A DNA stretch of 61,822 nucleotides, counting the filler, from Globobulimina sp. (lineage: Eukaryota): assembly GCA_003354225.1 (NCBI GenBank). It is 22 parts of 22 records of this genome, joined end to end, with 100 filler letters (N's around TTAATTAATTAA, not from the genome) between each part and the next. Parts side by side here need not be neighbours in the genome. Positions count along the whole stretch, not along the records: positions 14,083 to 16,798 come from PIVH01005220.1; positions 16,899 to 19,614 come from PIVH01005221.1; positions 19,715 to 22,430 come from PIVH01005222.1; positions 22,531 to 25,245 come from PIVH01005223.1; 18 more parts are not named here. The stretch is one strand, 5' to 3'. Position numbers and translations under genes: made by a program. The stretch's first letter is position 1. Every line of letters begins with the position of its first letter. Positions 14,083 through 25,345 of the stretch are shown here, one piece after another. Below the pieces are notes generated by a model. That model saw only the letters and a program-made list of their open reading frames with translations, did not search any database and had not been told where the DNA came from.

Positions 14083-14632
14083 ATAGCAATTTCTCTGTAC
14101 AATGGATGATAATCAAATTTTATTATTTCTTTGCAAAAATCGTTATTTCTCGCCGTGTCAGAATAATAATTTGTTGCTTGTTGGGTTATGGAAGGTTTGT
14201 GTTTGAAGACCAATGCATTTGACACTATCTTGTCGTTAGTTGGTGATGCTAAAAACCATGACGTTTTAAAATAGGAATAACATAAAAATAATGTATTCAT
14301 TGTTAAACTGATAATATTTGCTTGTCCATTTTGTTGATTTTCAATGCTTTTATTTGATGAATATCGTTGAAAAGATTTTATTGGAATGCCTATGGATTTA
14401 AATATAATGCCCTTTTTATCAATAAAATTATCGAGCGTCTCTCTTTCTGGTGTTGTCACTGCTGTTGCCGTTATGTAAATTAATTTATTCTCGATTTCAC
14501 CGATTGTTATTGAATTGGAGGGCGGCATCATTGAGGTCTCAACTGTTTGTTACAAAACAAAAGGCAACATAAAGATTATTGAATCATATGCAACATACTC
14601 ATTGTTGAACGGGTTGCAGATTCCTCTGCCAT
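14083..14632 (-). CDS. Hypothetical protein, 3'-truncated, 2 exons
   Basis: ATG 14632 (MAEESATRSTM) splices through intron 14543-14598 in frame into ORF 14031-14531. Confidence 0.5.
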
Positions 14633-14689
14633 GTCGTCCGTTTGAGGAAGAAGAAAAAACTTTTTAATTAAATAATAAACCACTCATCA

Positions 14690-16110
14690 ATGATAAGTAT
14701 AGGCAGTTGCAAGTCAAAATGGTTGATGTTGTTTTTCTATTTCATCATGATTATTGGAAACGGAATTGTTGGTAAAAGCGTTCATTATTCTACTGACAAA
14801 TTGCAAACCTATCTAGGAATCAATGCTAAAGAGCTGCAAGGAATAACTGTGTCTGCAACACACATATTATCAATCCCGTTAAGTCTATTTGCAACATACA
14901 TTATCACAGCAGTTGGTTGTACCGAAACAACTGCAATTCTACAAATTCTATCATTATTTGGATGGCTGATATTTGCTGATGGTGTAACAACAAAATCGAG
15001 AGCTGAGATGAATTTTGGTCGAGTTCTTCAAGGCGGTGCGTTTGGAGCAAACCGCGTTTCAATAATGGTTTATTGCACCAGCACCTTCAAACAAAATAAT
15101 CTATCGAATGCCTTGGGATATTTGAGCATGGCTTCAAAGCTATCCATGCTGTTCGGACGTTAAGTTGCCACATAAACTGTTTTTTAATTGTTAGAAATTT
15201 CGGACATAACATATCCATCAATATTAATATTAAAATTGTAGCTTTGTTAATCATCAATGTATTTATGGTCCACTGCAATATGAAAGATTCATTACCAAAA
15301 TTATATTGGAGCTGTACTGCATTCATGATTCCTGGGACCATTTCGTGTATATTGGTCTGGCTTTGTTCCAACTATCATTTTTCTGCAACTACTTCGCCTG
15401 CGGCTGCATCACAAAAAAGCATGATGGATTTTAGCTTATTTTACAATCACACAAAGCATATATTCTCCAGTAAGATTTTTATAATGATGGTGCTGCTATG
15501 TTTTTGCAATGAAGGTGGTTATTATGCATTTAATGGCTGCCTCAAACAGTTATTACAAAAGAAATTCAATAGAACACAAGAAGAGATAGGCATTGATATG
15601 GGAATTGTAGTGTATTTTGGAATTATTGCGCCAGTTTCTGGATACGCTGTTGATAAATTGAGGCACAGACAATTGTTTGTATTGGTTGGTGTACTATGTA
15701 TTCTATTGTCTCATATAATATTGGTATTTGCAGAGAATGTGATTGGTGGCTGGCTGGGATTATTGTTGATTAGTTTTGGGTTTGTTATCTATGGCAATGC
15801 TTTCTGGCCAGCCATAGCTTCTGTTGTTGGCAAACAATATCAAATTATCGCCTATGGCTGGTTAAGTGTTTTCTCCTCATTCGGTGCTGTTACAATTCCG
15901 ATGCTCGCGGGTCATTTCACCGACATTGCTGATATTGTTGCTGCGGAATATTTATTTATAGTCATCGCAGTATTTGGAGTACTTTTGTGTTTTTGTATTA
16001 TTTACCTTAATTACATGGCAAATGTTGACTATTTGAATAGAAATATCCATGAAATTGCCGAATCATCGACTAGTCAAATTGTTAAAACAGACATAAAAGT
16101 TATTAATTGA
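14690..16110 (+). CDS. Major facilitator superfamily transporter (MFSD1-like), 2 exons
   Basis: About 12 TM segments, FGRVLQG, motif-A-like SGYAVDKLRHR, FWPAIASVV. Intron 15159-15241 gives SMLFG-P-LLII. Confidence 0.85.
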
Positions 16111-16192
16111 GGTAAATAGTTTTGAACTGGTTGCAAAATATAATTGATTAGTGTTATGAAGTTGTGTTCTTTACCGATTGGAAATTGTGAGT

Positions 16193-16798
16193 TTATTGTT
16201 TATCAATCTCATCAATTTGACCTATCGTGTTATTATTAAGTGAAGAGATTTGGTTCAAAGCTTTATCCATATCCGACAATAAATTTTTCATCATTTCAAT
16301 TGCTTCATCACTTTTATTGACATCCATTGAAACATCATCATATCTGAATAAATCAGCAGCTATTCCTGCTCTTTTTGACTCAATTTCTTTTCCAATAATA
16401 TCTTTTAACTTTGTTTTATTGTTTTTATCCTCATCGTTACTGCATTGTTGATGAATATTTTCCTCCTTCACATCATTATTAGTCTCATTCTCTTCGTTTT
16501 GTGCTACATCAAAGCCACTGTCATAGCTATCATCATCATCATCATCTTCCTCCTCCTCAATAGCTGCAAGATTATAAATATCCGCATTCCCAATCTCATC
16601 CACTTTCTCCTCCTCTTCTTTCTGTTGCAATTGCATGCATTCATTATATTGTTTGCAACAAAGGAATATTCGTGAGGTTATATCCGTTATTAATCGATTA
16701 AATAAACAGTTGTTAACATCGCAAAGCCCAAATAATGTGTCATAATGAGTACCATTCTGATATTGCTCCAGCTCGCATTTCACTTTTATTTTATCCAA
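16193..16798 (-). CDS. Acidic C-terminal fragment of unknown protein
   Basis: Open frame from the contig end with D/E tracts. Confidence 0.5.
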   Translation of the reverse strand: MDKIKVKCELEQYQNGTHYDTLFGLCDVNNCLFNRLITDITSRIFLCCKQYNECMQLQQKEEEEKVDEIGNADIYNLAAIEEEEDDDDDDSYDSGFDVAQNEENETNNDVKEENIHQQCSNDEDKNNKTKLKDIIGKEIESKRAGIAADLFRYDDVSMDVNKSDEAIEMMKNLLSDMDKALNQISSLNNNTIGQIDEIDKQ

Positions 16799-17118
16799 NN
16801 NNNNNNNNNNNNNNNNNNNNNNNNNNNNNNNNNNNNNNNNNNTTAATTAATTAANNNNNNNNNNNNNNNNNNNNNNNNNNNNNNNNNNNNNNNNNNNNCT
16901 CTGTTTTTAGATCCACATTTGGATTAAATTTGCTATTTAAGGTTGACAGTGACATGGAACCACTCAAAAAAACCCACTTGACCTTAAAATTAAAAACAGA
17001 AAGAATAACTACAAAACAACATAAAAAGCAGCTGCGTGCAACTCATAAATTCGCAAAATCGGACATTGCAAACACCGAATTTTAATTAATCCAAAACACT
17101 CATCTTAGCAACAACACA

Positions 17119-18282
17119 ATGTGCACTAAGTTGAATGTTATAAACATTTTAAATCATAAAATACCACGGATTATTTTAATTATATTATGTTCTATCTATA
17201 TGTTGTTATACATCTTAGAAACCGACAGTGAAAAAACAATTCGTTCTTTAAACGATGTAATTCCGGCATTGCTGGAAAACGACGATATCATCACACCCAA
17301 TCAAAACCTGCTAAAATCTATGAAAAAATTCGAACCAAAGAAGCCAAAAATTCTAGAAAATTCAAATAGTTTTTACAATGAACATAATCCGTTAAAAATA
17401 GAAATAGCAATTCCTACCTCATGCAATCAAAAACATGATAACCTCCGCACAATGCAACGTTTGTCGTGGATAAATTACTTGGACGAAAGCAATGAATTAT
17501 GGAGCAGCGTGCATTCAGAATGCAAGATATCATACCATTATTTTGCTGGAGAATGCAATGATTCGTTGGCAGACAGCAAATTGCAAAAAGAAAACAAAAT
17601 TTATAATGATATTATTCGAGTAAATTCTCGTGAACATTGGGACTATTTACAAGCAAAAACGATTGATATTTTCCTTTCGGAGTATTCGATGAATGAGCAC
17701 AACTCATTTGATTTGTTGCTAAAAACAGACACCGATTCATATGTTAATTTGCCAAATTTATGTCATTTTATGGTAAAATTAATGAATACAAATAAATGGA
17801 ATGGAACAACAGAGGGTTTGTATTTAGGTGTTTTGAGAGAAAATAACGAAATTCGGACTAATGACGATGATAAATATGCAAATAAAGGCTGGATAAAAAG
17901 GATTCGCAGCACGACATACAGTCCATTTATGGCTGGATTTGGCTATTTTATTAGTTATAAAACAATAGATATTATCTATCATTCTTTGCATAAAACGAAG
18001 GATGATGTGGCGTATAATCGTTTGGAGGACACGTTTTTAGGGCATTATTTAACATCATTTGATGTGAAATTTGTAAACATTAGGCATACAATCACTCCAT
18101 ACAGACAACCAACAATAGCGAGCTTAAATAATCATATTATAGATCATATGTATAATGGCGAGGAATGGGGTGTGATGATGTTGCATAAATATGACATGCA
18201 TAGTGCTTTGCATCGACAATATCTGAAAGAAACCACACACGATCAAGGTCCGGATAGTTATAACCCAAAACTGTTATTGTAA
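17119..18282 (+). CDS. Glycosyltransferase family 31 (beta-1,3-galactosyltransferase-like)
   Basis: Type II TM anchor, LQKENKIYNDII, KT, DxD motif LLKTDTDSYVN, YSPFMAGFGYFIS, EDTFLG. Confidence 0.9.
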   Translation: MCTKLNVINILNHKIPRIILIILCSIYMLLYILETDSEKTIRSLNDVIPALLENDDIITPNQNLLKSMKKFEPKKPKILENSNSFYNEHNPLKIEIAIPTSCNQKHDNLRTMQRLSWINYLDESNELWSSVHSECKISYHYFAGECNDSLADSKLQKENKIYNDIIRVNSREHWDYLQAKTIDIFLSEYSMNEHNSFDLLLKTDTDSYVNLPNLCHFMVKLMNTNKWNGTTEGLYLGVLRENNEIRTNDDDKYANKGWIKRIRSTTYSPFMAGFGYFISYKTIDIIYHSLHKTKDDVAYNRLEDTFLGHYLTSFDVKFVNIRHTITPYRQPTIASLNNHIIDHMYNGEEWGVMMLHKYDMHSALHRQYLKETTHDQGPDSYNPKLLL

Positions 18283-18422
18283 CATACTTTCTTTTCTGAC
18301 AGTAAACATGTATTTTGATGCAGGCATTTTGTGTAATAAGTTTTGAAGTGAAATTAGTCATTTTAATATATCGTTTTCCATCCCATCACAGCTACTGGAA
18401 CAATATACAATAGCTACTGGAT

Positions 18423-18824
18423 ATGAGCTGTTTAATCATATTTCAAGGTAACCATTGTAGACTTTTTTTACCATTCAATGGGTCAGATTTATTATTTCGA
18501 GCATTTGTCGGCAAACGACTTGGATTGAAACAAACGGATAAATACTATGTAATTTGCGACAATGAGTACGATTTAAGAATGGATGAAGTAATCACTTCGC
18601 ATCAACAATTAAAACCAGGTCAAACGTATACAATAATATATATCAACCCAGAGGCCAAAAAAACGCAACACATTTTGCGACATAAAAAATTGAATCTTAT
18701 GCGGCGAAAAAGATCAAAAACAAATCTACCATTTTCAAGGCGGAAAAGTGCGTTAACTTCTCGCAAATCATGGCTTGATTTATTATCAAAATCATCTCAA
18801 TTAATTGCTCCATTGTCCCATTGA
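18423..18824 (+). CDS. Hypothetical protein (possible ubiquitin-like fold N-terminus, basic tail)
   Basis: 133-aa ATG ORF; fold is a guess from the residue pattern. Confidence 0.4.
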   Translation: MSCLIIFQGNHCRLFLPFNGSDLLFRAFVGKRLGLKQTDKYYVICDNEYDLRMDEVITSHQQLKPGQTYTIIYINPEAKKTQHILRHKKLNLMRRKRSKTNLPFSRRKSALTSRKSWLDLLSKSSQLIAPLSH

Positions 18825-19714
18825 AGCATTTCTAACATTTTCTTAATTTGCAACTAGTTTAATTTTGATTGTGTCTGTACAGATTTATTTAGTTTTCGTT
18901 TGATTTTTCTTTTCGATTGTTTTTAATTTCTATCTCTAGTTTTTTCTTCAACAATGTAGCATATCAATGGGCCTATTTCTCTTTGCATAATCTCATTCAT
19001 ATTCTACTTTTTCAATTACTTTTTGTTGTTTTTTCTGTTCTCTTTACTGTTTTTTTTCATTCTTTTTTGTTGCTATTAATTATAGACTCAAATTCTACTA
19101 CATACTATTTCTATATTTCTAAACTCAATGTTCAGTGCAAGGATAAACTGTAAACTTAATTAAATAACACATATATACAAACATTAAATGATAAAATTTT
19201 CATAATCCATTCTAGTAACAGGCAGATTTTGCTTTCGGTCCTTTGGCGTCACCATGAAATGAACCGGCGGCACCGCTGATTGTGGCATCATTGAGTAAAC
19301 CAATGAATTTTTATACGAATTATAATGTTGAATGGCTTCATCCGTCGCAGAGATGGACATAATTTCAGTTTTATCCGATTGCGAGTCAAGAGGGCCACGG
19401 CGCAGATCGCTCAGATCATCATCGGCAAAGAAATCGTCATTGCTGTTTTGATGACAATGTCCTTTTTTGTAGCTCCCAGTATATTTTGTCTGTATTTGCT
19501 GTATTCTATGATTATGATTATAAGCATTAAAATGTAGATTTGAATTAACGCACATCTTCGATTCTCACAAAAGAAAAGTTGTTCGTTATTTTTAATTATA
19601 GTTGTTATAATATTNNNNNNNNNNNNNNNNNNNNNNNNNNNNNNNNNNNNNNNNNNNNTTAATTAATTAANNNNNNNNNNNNNNNNNNNNNNNNNNNNNN
19701 NNNNNNNNNNNNNN

Positions 19715-20664
19715 ACATGTTGTACCAAAAACAAGTTTCTGAAAAATGGAATTATGCCGAAATCTTTGAAAAACATGATTTCGTAAAGCGTTATTTTGCT
19801 ATCAAACGTGAGATATTGGTCATGACGCAACAGTGGAAAGGTATGATAGCAGGAAAGCAAAATCAAAGTGAAATAAAGAAGTGTGTTCAACAATTGGTGG
19901 TATTGAGAGCTGAATATAATGAGCAAAAGCCACGCATCAAGCAAATGGTTTGCGAGAAATACCGGCAAGAGCTCATTCTTAGTGTACCTGAATTCGCTGC
20001 AAAGCTGAAAACCTCTTTGCAACATTATGCATTTCAAGAAAATGGCACCACACTGCAAGAAACAATTATGTATAAATTGCCGCTTATTCTCAGTGTGAAT
20101 GAAAATAAGAAGACTGCGTTGCATGTGGCTGTACAAAAAGTGGCATTTGAAACTATGTTGGAAGAATCGTTTCAGCCAAATGTTCCATTCTTTGTCTACA
20201 AAAACCATCGAGGATATACTTTATATCATTCATTAAATCAAGCGCAGAAATTTGTGAATAATATGGATAAATTGAGCAGTTTTTGGTGTGATCGCCTAAG
20301 AATTATTTCATTTTTAAAAGTGGCTGAAGCTGAACAGTTATTGTTGTCTCCTGCTGAAAGGGCATATATTCATTTGACAACAGTAAATCATGAATTTGGA
20401 CAGTTATTGGCATGGTTGAATGTGTTTGATGTTCCTTGGAATAATCAAGATTTTGGTATACGTATTCTGATATATTTTGTAGAATTTACACGATATGGAA
20501 ATGTTAGAGATTTTCCTGATATTCGGCAATCATTGTTGTTGTGGAAAGAGATTGGAACAAAAACGAAATTAGCAAAAGTTAGTATGGATATTGTATCAAA
20601 AACAGAAAGAGAGAATGTATCGGCTTGGTGGTTTGTACTGTGTAAAATGGGATTTTCTTTCTAA
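19715..20664 (+). CDS. Hypothetical protein with ankyrin-like motif, 5'-truncated
   Basis: Long open frame; NENKKTALHVAV and KNHRGYTLYH resemble ankyrin repeats. Confidence 0.5.
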
Positions 20665-20864
20665 TTTCATTTGTTGACTGATAACTGATTGTCATTTAAT
20701 AATACAACACCAAATATAAACAAGTACATGTTTGGCCGGAAACACTTTTGTATACGATCTGATTTAGATCGAACTAGCTCATCGAAGTGCAATTTGACAA
20801 TAAATTACAATAAAATGATATTTCTACATCTGGCAGTAAGTCAGTTCTAGTTGGTCTAATTATA

Positions 20865-21596
20865 ATGCAACAGCTTGGTATTATCAACCATCTGATAGAT
20901 GTATTTGATAACAAACAACAATTTGCAATGAGATTAATTTCCGTTGCTTTATACAATGAAATATCAGCGTTATTGTGTCGTAATTTTAATAATGTTCCAC
21001 CGCCAATCTCATGGTATTCATCTCTGGATAATAATGAATATTTAGGAATTGTTGTACTCAATGAAACAAATAACAATTTAATTTCTGGTGTATTTTGTAA
21101 ATATATTAATTTTAATAATTACCAAACGGAATTCTCTGATAACGATTTCAAGAAATATTTAAATGGGAATGTTTTAACAATAAACAAATATTTTGATAAT
21201 TATAAATATAATAAAAACAATTATGATCATATGATTGATTACAAAAACAAAAGAGTAAATAATTGTGATTTTGGTGAAACAATAAAAACCAAAAAAGGAT
21301 TTAAATATAAATGTTGCATTAAAAAGAACACTGTAAACAATGAAGAAAATTCCTATATTTATGCAGCATATTTATGTACAGATAAAAAATATAGAAACAA
21401 TGGAATATCGTATGATATTATTATGAAATTCTTTGGTACATTACAGAAAGGAACAAAAATTGGATATCATGTAAAATGTAACAACAAAAGAGCACAATAT
21501 TTATATTTTAAGTGTGGGTTCCAACATATTGACACCATTACAAATTATTATGATAATAAAACTGTAGATGCGTGGAAAATGGTGCTGATAATATGA
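20865..21596 (+). CDS. GNAT-family N-acetyltransferase
   Basis: YAAYLCTDKKYRNNGIS (motif A), HVKCNNKRAQYLYFKCGF, ITNYY..DAWKM (RimI/NAA-like C-terminus). Confidence 0.8.
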   Translation: MQQLGIINHLIDVFDNKQQFAMRLISVALYNEISALLCRNFNNVPPPISWYSSLDNNEYLGIVVLNETNNNLISGVFCKYINFNNYQTEFSDNDFKKYLNGNVLTINKYFDNYKYNKNNYDHMIDYKNKRVNNCDFGETIKTKKGFKYKCCIKKNTVNNEENSYIYAAYLCTDKKYRNNGISYDIIMKFFGTLQKGTKIGYHVKCNNKRAQYLYFKCGFQHIDTITNYYDNKTVDAWKMVLII

Positions 21597-21916
21597 ATGT
21601 AATATATTTATATGATTTTTGCAAACACCAACTTATTCACTTCTTTCTTGTTTTTGTTTTGAAATCAATCTTCCTTTAAAAACATGTTAATATTTGCAAT
21701 CAATTGTTTATGGGAGCTATTGTTTTTTGAAATCAAATTTGAGAATTTACAATTTTATTCGTGCAACATCATATCTCCAAAATGGAGAAACACAAATAAT
21801 ACAAGCAAAGGTAGTAATAATTTCAAGATTACCATTATATTTATTACAATCAGAAAAACAACAAATTACACAATGCGTTCGTTATTAAAAATATCATATA
21901 TATACAGCAAGGAACA

Positions 21917-22430
21917 TTAATTTGCTGTTGATTCGGATACAGTTACAGTTGGTTGTGTTTTCTCCATACTCCCACTATCTGCGGTAACGGATGCTACGCT
22001 CTGTAACATCAACATATCATTTTGCTTTTGTGTGAAACAATGATAATGACATAGTGTGCAAACTCTTTTATAATATTTATCATGCTTTGAAAACGACAAT
22101 GCCATACAAACTGTGTCAACCAATACATCAAAAGCTGACATCACTGATAATATTTGACCCCATAGCCAACCATAACCGATAATGCCTGATATACCGGCCA
22201 GCAATGCGTAGACTGTGGAGCACATAACACACATTAAGCTCAATATTGAATATTTGCGAATTAAATGAAAAAACTCGCTGGTATGCTTTGTTTCTGTTTT
22301 TTGACTCATTTGGCGCAATTTATGTACAAATAACCAGGCCATATGTTGGGCCACACATAACGCCAAAATCAATACCAATGCTCCAGTCACCAATGCTAAA
22401 CCAGTACTGATGGAAAATAAGAAAAATAGT
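21917..22430 (-). CDS. C-terminal half of a 7TM protein, same family as 5776-6816
   Basis: WLFVHKL...KYSIL...DVLVDTVCMALSF...YYKRVC parallels LIFFSKL...DFLINIIVIFVSF...YYEAFKC. Confidence 0.6.
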
Positions 22431-22530
22431 NNNNNNNNNNNNNNNNNNNNNNNNNNNNNNNNNNNNNNNNNNNNTTAATTAATTAANNNNNNNNNNNNNN
22501 NNNNNNNNNNNNNNNNNNNNNNNNNNNNNN

Positions 22531-25245
22531 ACTGTGCAAGAGGAAATTGATAGAATATCTCTGCAACAAGTAACTTTACAAAAGAAAAGGAAAAAAGATA
22601 TCCAAAAGTTAATTTAACATATTAAATCAAAATAAATAATATTAAATCAATAATTTAATTAATTTAAATTGTTTTTATTATCTATGCTCAAATTATTTAT
22701 AACACATAAATTTAATCTGATAGTGACTGTGATAAATTTGTAAAACATTGGTGGACGAAAGAAATTAAATTTTGTAAAAAACATTGTGAGCCAAAATCCA
22801 AAAGTAAATGTAAGCGGTGTCCAAAGGGTGGTGTTTGTGATTTTGTGCATATTACAAAGAGAAAATATAGGCAAAGATATTACACTCCATCGCATCCTGC
22901 AGACATAATGGTAAATTATGTATATTGCGAAGAGCATGGATCTGATCATATTAATTTATTATATGAACAAGATCAAATTATATGGGATGAATCAGAATGT
23001 ATTCGCTACAAAGGTCTTGAAAAAAATACGGACAATAATCCAGTTGACATAATACTAATAAATGAATTAAATGTGCAATATAAAAAAAATAAAAAAAACA
23101 AAAAACCAAAATGCACTAAAAATAAATTAAAAATACATTGGTCGTCTGATTTAATTTTTTTAGCATGGAATCAAATTTTATACAATTTTAATCATGCAGC
23201 AGCTTGGCAACGATTTATACATCACTATGCACATTCATTCAGAGCAAAATGCATACAAAATAGGAAATGTACAGATGAGGTATCATGGGAGCAAATGGTG
23301 ATTGAAGCAAAGACTATATTCCCATCATATGCCACTTTCGTCAACAAATTACCTGCGATGTTTAATGATTATTTAGGTCGTAAATTGACAGATTTACAAT
23401 CAGTTATTTTAATGATGCCTTGGCGAGAATTTAGTATTGATGGCACTCCATGGATTACAACCATTTTAAACATAGCTGATAATATTGAAACATTTGGCAT
23501 TGATGCATCATTGGCGTTTGTTATTAATGAATGGAATTATATTGGTATTAAATATGATTTAATATTGATTTAATATGTTTTAATATTGATTAAATATGTT
23601 TTAATATTGATTTAAATATTAAAGTCAAAATTAAAACAATAATGTAATATAATTTTATTCAAAGTTAATTACGTTTTATTTCCGAGACATTCAGAAAGTC
23701 ATAAAATACAATGTGACGCTATTATTGATCCAGTCTTAAAGTGTTTATGGTTAGGTTATACTGAAAAGATATTACAATTTTTATTCGGTTTAGATCATGC
23801 AAAAAGAGATAGTGGTATTGGTGAATCATTTTATAATCGAATTCTTAAAAGATGTAAAAAAATAAAGAAAAGCGAATTACCATTAGCTGACTATATAGAA
23901 ATATACAAAGAAGGCACAGATGAAGAACAAGTTATATTAACAACAAAGAAAGGATTTAAATACAATTTGACCGAAATGCAAATTAAGGTGGCAGTCGAAC
24001 GGACGCATATTTGCAGATTATATACAAAGCATTTATCACGATATAATCCGGAATCAAATGCATTGATACGAAGTTTATTTTATTATGCAAATACTTTGTG
24101 TTTAAAATACGAGAATCATGAGTTAAAAGACTATAGTTTTGTTGATCCTGTTGCACAGTTGCATATGTACGCTGATTCAATAAAAGATCATTTGGATGAA
24201 GCACAGGAGTTAGTAAGTGCATATTTAAAATTAGAATGTAATCGCAATGATGCATTGGTGCATAAAAAATTGGTTGAGCTATATTCTTCACATAAGCCTG
24301 ATTTTATTCAATATGTAAAGAAATGGATCATGCACATCAGAGATAATAATCCTTCCATTTTAGCGACTATAATATTAGATTTATTACGACCGGGTCAAAC
24401 TATTGAGAAATTCTTTAATAAAAATGATAGATTGCAGTATAATTTCACAATTGGAGGTTTAAAAGGTTTGTATATATAATAAATTATATTAAAACTATGA
24501 TTTAATATGATTTAATATGTTTTAATATAATTTAAATTGTTTTATAAAATTATATTAAAATAATGTTTTAATATTAATTTAATATGTTTTAATATTGATT
24601 TAAATTGTTTTAATAATGATTTAATATATATAATAAAGGAAAACAATTTCAAAGTTGGCTACCAAAAATTAGTACACCTAAATCTGTATATGATGGAATT
24701 ATGAGATTTGCAGACCCCGTCGCTTTTGCTGCAGGAAAGCATTTGTTGCCTCTAAATGTTGTTCAATCTGTACCACAGCTTCAGCATTTATATATGTCAT
24801 GGCAAGTGTATCATGATGGGAAATTTGTGCATAGACTACCAGAGGATGATGGTTCATTTTGTCTTGTTAATTCGGCGAGAAACAAGGATTGGATAACAAG
24901 ATTTAACCGTGCAAACTCCGCATCTCAATGTGAGTTATTAATAGCAAACCAAATCGCTTCGAATCTGGTGCAATTGATAAGTAATAAAAATGAGAAATTG
25001 CATGAAGATTTAAAAAAGTATTTTATTATTGTCAGAAAATGTGCAGCTTTATTATGGGAGTGTGGTGTAAAATTTGTTGTATTAAAACATCAGGTACATA
25101 CAACCAAGCGTATAATTAATAATATTGGCGATTATAAAAATATAAATCTTGATTGGTTGAATAAAGTTTCTGATTTAATTGATGACATTATGTCTTTTCG
25201 TGTTGAATGGCGTGAGCTTAGAAAATATCATTTTATGCAATATAA
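22531..25245 (+). mobile_element. Intron-split Mutator-like (MULE-type) DDE transposase or derived gene, truncated at both ends
   Basis: Introns 22608-22723, 23545-23664 and 24466-24638 give one continuous frame. N-terminal Cys/His region (CKRCP...YVYCEEH); D in FSIDGT (23439); VINEWNYIVNYVL; D in GLDH (23793); (D/C)xxH-like VERTH (23997); E in NSASQCE (24932). Confidence 0.55.
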
Positions 25246-25345
25246 NNNNNNNNNNNNNNNNNNNNNNNNNNNNNNNNNNNNNNNNNNNNTTAATTAATTA
25301 ANNNNNNNNNNNNNNNNNNNNNNNNNNNNNNNNNNNNNNNNNNNN

